From Klebsormidium nitens (Eukaryota; Plantae; Klebsormidiophyceae), in NCBI GenBank assembly GCA_000708835.1, contig DF237078.1:62001-126000 (forward strand): a stretch of DNA of 64,000 nucleotides. The letters run 5' to 3'. The first letter of the stretch is position 1. Each line of letters begins with the position of its first letter. The notes below the pieces were generated by a model that saw nothing but the letters and a program-made list of their open reading frames with translations, did no database searches and had not been told where the DNA came from. The position numbers and the translations under genes are program-made. Positions 58,853 to 64,000 of this stretch are shown here, piece by piece.

Positions 58853-61800
58853 CTATGCAGCTCGTACGGACAGCGCGCTCAAAAAAGGTGGCCGTTTGGA
58901 AGGAGGCAATGTCGGCAGGAGCTGTATTCTAAGCACCCCTTCCGTCACCGTCACTTTCTTCACAACCGGCTCGATTGCCGTGTAGAGGGCACCCCCCGCA
59001 GCCGCCAAAGGGTCAACATTGGGCGCCAGGACTACTCCGTTATATGCTATGTGGAAAACGCGATCGCCCAACACTACTGTCCTATCCAGCTCCGCAAAAT
59101 AGCTGGTCACGTTATAGAAACCGTTGGGCAGATTGATCGAAAACCCAACGCCTCCGTACCTGCGCGTGACAACCGACAAGCAAGATTAAAATCGACGAAA
59201 CTGCTGCTCCTCAGAAGCAGAGAAAGGAACAGCAAGATGAGATTGGCAGAAGAGTCGAGGAAGACGCCAGGTGTGTACTAAGACAAGGCCGTCAAAACAA
59301 ACGGAAAGTGCTATGATGCATTAAGAGACGAGGGAAAAGAGCAAAAGTCACCCGCAAAAGATACACGCGCTTGCCAGCGGCTCGCATGCAAATCTCCAGG
59401 TTGCAGCCGTTCACGAAACATTACGATCGTTCCCTTATGCCTCATCAAATGGCTGGATCGACTTCGAACAAAATCAAACAAGGAAAACAAGAACCCACAT
59501 GCAGACATTGAAACTCTCTTCGACGGTTCGTGCACATTCCCTCACCTTGCCGTCTGATACAACGTGGCATCCGTCGTGTTTGCAATCGGTGCATTTGCCG
59601 GGACCCGGTACAGCCCCCCCTCAATGTCCCCGGAATTCGACCAGCAAAACGGCCTCCCGACCGGTACTACCCCCGTCCCGTTCTGGCCCCCGACCAGGCA
59701 GGGCGTCACGTCCGCCGCAAAGTTCATCCCCATGCTCGTTGACGTGTAGTTCGCATCCGGTTCACCGATGTCGATCGCCAGCAAGACCCCGGAGTTGGGG
59801 GCAGGGGCGGGCGCGGGAACTGGAGCGGGCCGGGGCGCGAGTTTTGGCGCTGGCGCAGGCGCGGGCGCAGGGGAAGGGAACCGGGAGAGAGGGGCCGGGA
59901 CGGGAGCGAAGGGTAGCACGGGCGCTGCCGCGGGGCCTTGTAAGAGGGACGGGCCGGTGGGAATGCTCGGCCGAACGTAGAGACCGTTGATGAGGGCGTT
60001 GTCGGAGAAACGGATTGTGACGACGCCGGAGGTGACAACTGCGGGGGCGGTCAAAATGATGGGCGTGATCACGCCGCCAGTTAGGCCGACGATGTCGACG
60101 GCGCTGTAGACTTGCTGGCCCTGGAAAGGAGACGAAGAGACTCTGAGAGACCAGAATTCCAGGAAGGGAACTTGCCAGCTGGATCCTCCTTCATAGTTCA
60201 ATTAACCTTTCCCTCCGACAACGTGCAACGGGTTGAACAAGAATTTGGGGGAGGCAACGGCGGCAGCTCAAGTCCTTTCTCTCACCAAGGAGCCGACAAT
60301 GGGAAGGACAGCCTCAGTGGATTGAAGTCCAGCGAGGCAAGAGTAAGGAGCAAACGTAGAAACAACAGCTCGGTTCAAGGTACCATCGTTCCAGTCACAA
60401 ACCGCATGTGAAGCTCTGCGGTAATTTCTTGAAACAGACTTCGCCAGCTGGCCAGACGAAGTCCTGAGAAGACCCTCAAGCCCAGGCTTTCAGCAAAGAC
60501 TCAGATCCCCTGCCTTTTTTTGGAGCTTAAATCCAGCACCTTCGAAGCAAAATGAAAATCTTGGCGGTATTCCCTGCTTTTACTTCCCAACTCAGATTGA
60601 AATCTTCGAAGCAGTCTGAAAACTTCAGGGCAATGCAACAGATTCCTAAAAGCTGCCTCCTCTTGGCCGTCACAGAATTTGACAACGCTCTGAGGCTGTC
60701 ACTGTTTAGAGCGTCAAACAACCATCTAAGAGTCGTCCCCTCTTCACCATGATAGTCGGTGTCTAACCAGCAAACCTGAAAACATTACCAGTACCTAACC
60801 AGCAGTACAAAGCAACTTTTGTTTGTGACCAGAGATGCCAAATAACCGACCATTTCTATCAGCCACACCAGACGACCCACACTTCAGAGTAGCCAACAAG
60901 CAAGAACGTTCTCTGACCAGCACCTCCATACACCCCACCCTCCTCACCTGCACCGCGATGCTAAACACGCGCTCCCCCGCCTTCTTGTCCTCGATCTCCG
61001 CCAACCGGAACTCCACCACATAGTACCCATTCGGCACAGGGATGGTATATACAGAGGCTCCTATGCGGGCGCTGACGTAGAGGAAGTCGTCCCACAGATT
61101 GAGGTACGGCAGAAACACTTGGTACGGCTGCGTCACCAGGGCAGTGCCCCCGGAGAAGTACGTGTCTGTCGTGTAGATCACGCCCGTGCCCGCGAGAATG
61201 TCCAGGGGGGACCCACAGTTGATGGCGACCTGGGTGTTGGTGGAACTGGAGAGGGCAAGATTCGTTGTCAACAACAGGGGATGTGCAGTGACGTCAGGCT
61301 GACGGACACGAGTGTGTGAGGGGTGTACAGTCCTATAGGCGCAGCCAGCCAGTAACTCTCACTAACTTCTTCAAAGGCAGTAACTGATTGCAAGCAACAA
61401 GTGTGAACGAGTACGTTGATGGCAACATCAAGTGCAGAGTGGTCGGAGTCACCCCATGTCGAGCGAGACAGAGGGAGGCACAACCTTACCGACGCTCTGT
61501 AGAACTTTGCATCCCACAGCTTAAGCATTCCCCTTTGCATCTTTCCCTGCCGGGCCTGTCGCCTCATCACCGTTGCATCCTCCTCACCTCGTCAGCGGAT
61601 ACACGTTGATCCCAGAGATCACCACCGTCCCCTGTGTCGCCACAAACTGGATCCTTAGCAGCCCGTTCGGCACGTGCGCCGCGGCCGCCACGACCAGCGC
61701 CACGTTCTGCCCCTTTGCATTCGCGAAGATATCCAAGTTCCTGAACACCGGAACCGTCTGCATGTATACGTCCATCTTGCGCTGCCCCGCTGACGAGTAC

Positions 61801-63214
61801 TGCGGCTCGACAAAGGAGAACTCGACCGTGTAGTCGCCGTTGGGAAGATTGAGATAGTAAACCACGTTCGCGCCAGTGCGGTAGGTTTGGAAATAAGTTG
61901 GGAGGGTGGTTCCGGTGGTTGCTACGGGAGAGGCCGCGGCGGTGCCCCCCTGGTAATACGCGTCAGCGCTGCTGCCGCTATCAATCCTTATCTGAGAAGG
62001 GGAAAGGGGAAGGGTATAATGTTCATCCTTTCAGGCTTTTCAATAGTGACAGTAGGAGTTGGCCCTTTGACACTCAGGAGGGTGTCTGTCGCTGCAATCC
62101 AGATGTTGTACGATTTGACGATGTCGACACTGACTGTTTGGAGATTACATCATGGCGACCGCATCATTGCGACCGCTGATCTAGAACAACCGGGCAAAGC
62201 TCCAAAGAAACAGCGCTTTGGGTACACTGAAATTTTGTGAAGATGAGACCATGATGAGACCAGTCTTCCGGACAAACTGAACATCCATGCAAAACAAGCC
62301 CAAGAAACCCTCCAGAATGACACCAGGCCGATCCCCTGGTGGTTGTGCTGTTGAACAAACACAACCCGGCGCTGAATGCCGCCCAGTCCTTAGCTTGTCT
62401 ATCAAAGAAAGGCTGAGGATTTTATTAAGTCGGTCGGCAGTCAAGCTGACAACCGAAGCTCACATCCCCAGATAGCGACAAGGTCTGCCTGGCCCGACCC
62501 CCATGCAAAACCATCATTTTGTGTTGGCCTCACCTGGGAGGGTGGCGGGTACAGCAGGCTGCCAGGGTTGGACCCGTCCCTGCTGGCACTGGCCGGGAAG
62601 ACCTTGATCGCGCACACCTGCGCCTCGTAAACCTGCGAGTTCATGTAAATCTCCAGGAGGCTGTTGGTGACAGTCGCAGAATACTGCTTCACGAGGGCCG
62701 TGTTCCACGCCCCTGCTTGCGCCACGATGTCAAAGCGGTCTTCCACCTGGACCCCCTGAACTAGAATGTAGAACTGGCGCTGCCCGCGCTGCTGGTACAG
62801 GCACTCAGCAAAGTGCATCTCGACGGTGTACGCGCCGTTCGGGAGATTGAACTCGTAGTACAGATCTAAACCATAACGCTCCGTCTGATACAGCTTGGGG
62901 TCCTTGGTGTTTGCGATTGGGACGTCGTAGTAGTCCGTCACATGGTTCGATGTTCCCTGATAGTACGCGTCTGCCAAGTACTGCGTGCCATCACTGGCGG
63001 TGTACGAGTTATTGCCCTGGTAGTCCGGGCCCAAGCCGTAGCTCACACTCCCATAGTAGCTCGGAAGATTCACATTTTTGGCACTCGTCAGCCCTCCGCA
63101 ATTAAGCGCAATATACTGCGCTGTACTAGATGCAAACCAGGAGCTCAAGAGAAGAGCTGCAAGGGCAAAAGGACGGCGTAGCGAACGGGCTGCCTGCCCG
63201 CCGCTGTGCCCCAT
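58853..63214 (-). CDS. Secreted protein with four malectin-type carbohydrate-binding domains and a Pro/Ala-rich linker (about 754 aa, 5 exons)
   Basis: Exons 63214-62534, 61991-61588, 61245-60948, 60120-59546 and 59159-58853 are phase-compatible. A signal-peptide-like RRPFALAALLLSSWFASSTA precedes four copies of the malectin pattern (YQTERYG..LPNGAYTVEMHFAE..GQRQF; YQTYRTG..LPNGDYTVEFSFVE..GQRKM; VPNGYYVVEFRLAE..GERVF; YQTARYG..LPNGFYNVTSYFAE..GDRVF). The linker is PSPAPAPAPAPKLAPRPAPVPAPAPAP. No TM or kinase domain. Confidence 0.88.
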
Positions 63215-64000
63215 CTGCAAGGAGACCAGGCGTCGAACAAACTAGATGCTTGCGAATCTTCCTACAGTTTGACACAGACCAGGTGATACTGTCCCGCAGC
63301 TTCCACTATTCCACACCCGCCAGCACGATGCTTCACACCCTGCCCATTTCACACCCTGCCCATTCAGCAGCCCGCCCTTTGATGCGGACTTACAAGTTGA
63401 AACCTTTGCGCAAGAGAACGCCGCTACAAGAAATACGCAAGGCATGCATCTCCTGAAAACACGTGCACTCGGCGCCAGCAACTGTCTAGATTTCAACCCT
63501 TCTCTTTGTGCCAAAGATCGTGCTCTCCGCGAATCCCAAAAGCCAGTGTCTCCTGCGTTGCCGCCCTCACCTTGACAATGACATCAACATCCTTCACGAG
63601 CTTTTAGAGCGTGTGCACGTTCTTCGCCAGCTGGGCTGAGCTGGCGTGGAATTTCGTCAGAACTGAGATGCCGTGTCAACGGTCACATTGACCAAGGACC
63701 GGCCGTCATAATGCCGGGGGTTGGATGCCACCCGGGGGTTGGACTTACCGCCTCAGAGGATCAGACGGGGCATCACTCCCGGGCAAAATGCCTTACCAAA
63801 GTCTCAGCCTAATGGGCCGCCATCCGTGCCCGAGGCTTTGCTGACCGGCCAATTGCAGGCCCTCGGTAGGTTTGGTCCGGGTGGCACGGGTTAAAATCAA
63901 CGGTAAAGTCGGTCCCCGTCTATCCATGGTGACACTCGGGGGATTACCCAGGGGTGTCAAGCGGCGAGAGCATGCACACTGCCACCTCAGACTTGCAGAT

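Overview
Eukaryotic, intron-rich nuclear DNA (GC-rich exons, introns mostly 200-600 nt, nearly all GT-AG). The gene set combines plant-type genes (LPAT4/5, UBC23/24, JMJ31, PPI1) with the ciliary/centriolar gene CCDC13. This points to a flagellate-producing streptophyte, and Klebsormidium-like is my inference. The supplied ORF track is mostly exon fragments and antisense shadows, so gene models were rebuilt by hand from splice sites and reading-frame phase. There are nine well-supported genes: PRP38(-), LPAT4/5(+), a three-domain glycosyltransferase(-), UBC23/24-like E2(+), JMJ31-like(-), SWSAP1-like(+), CCDC13(-), PPI1-like(+) and FTHFS(-). A secreted 4x-malectin protein(-) makes ten, and there are two tentative small genes. 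Four MITE-like elements are present, three of them nested upstream of FTHFS. No rRNA, tRNA or CRISPR array was seen. The most interesting observations are: (1) a 10-exon, about 1017-aa Golgi-type membrane protein that fuses an orphan GT-like domain, a GT77 domain and an O-fucosyltransferase domain, a possible one-polypeptide glycan assembly line; (2) two MITEs 52 kb apart with unrelated terminal repeats but the same telomere-like, G-quadruplex-capable core; (3) a compositionally distinct, short-palindrome-rich tract at the convergent gene junctions. Family assignments come from recalled motifs; no database search was run.
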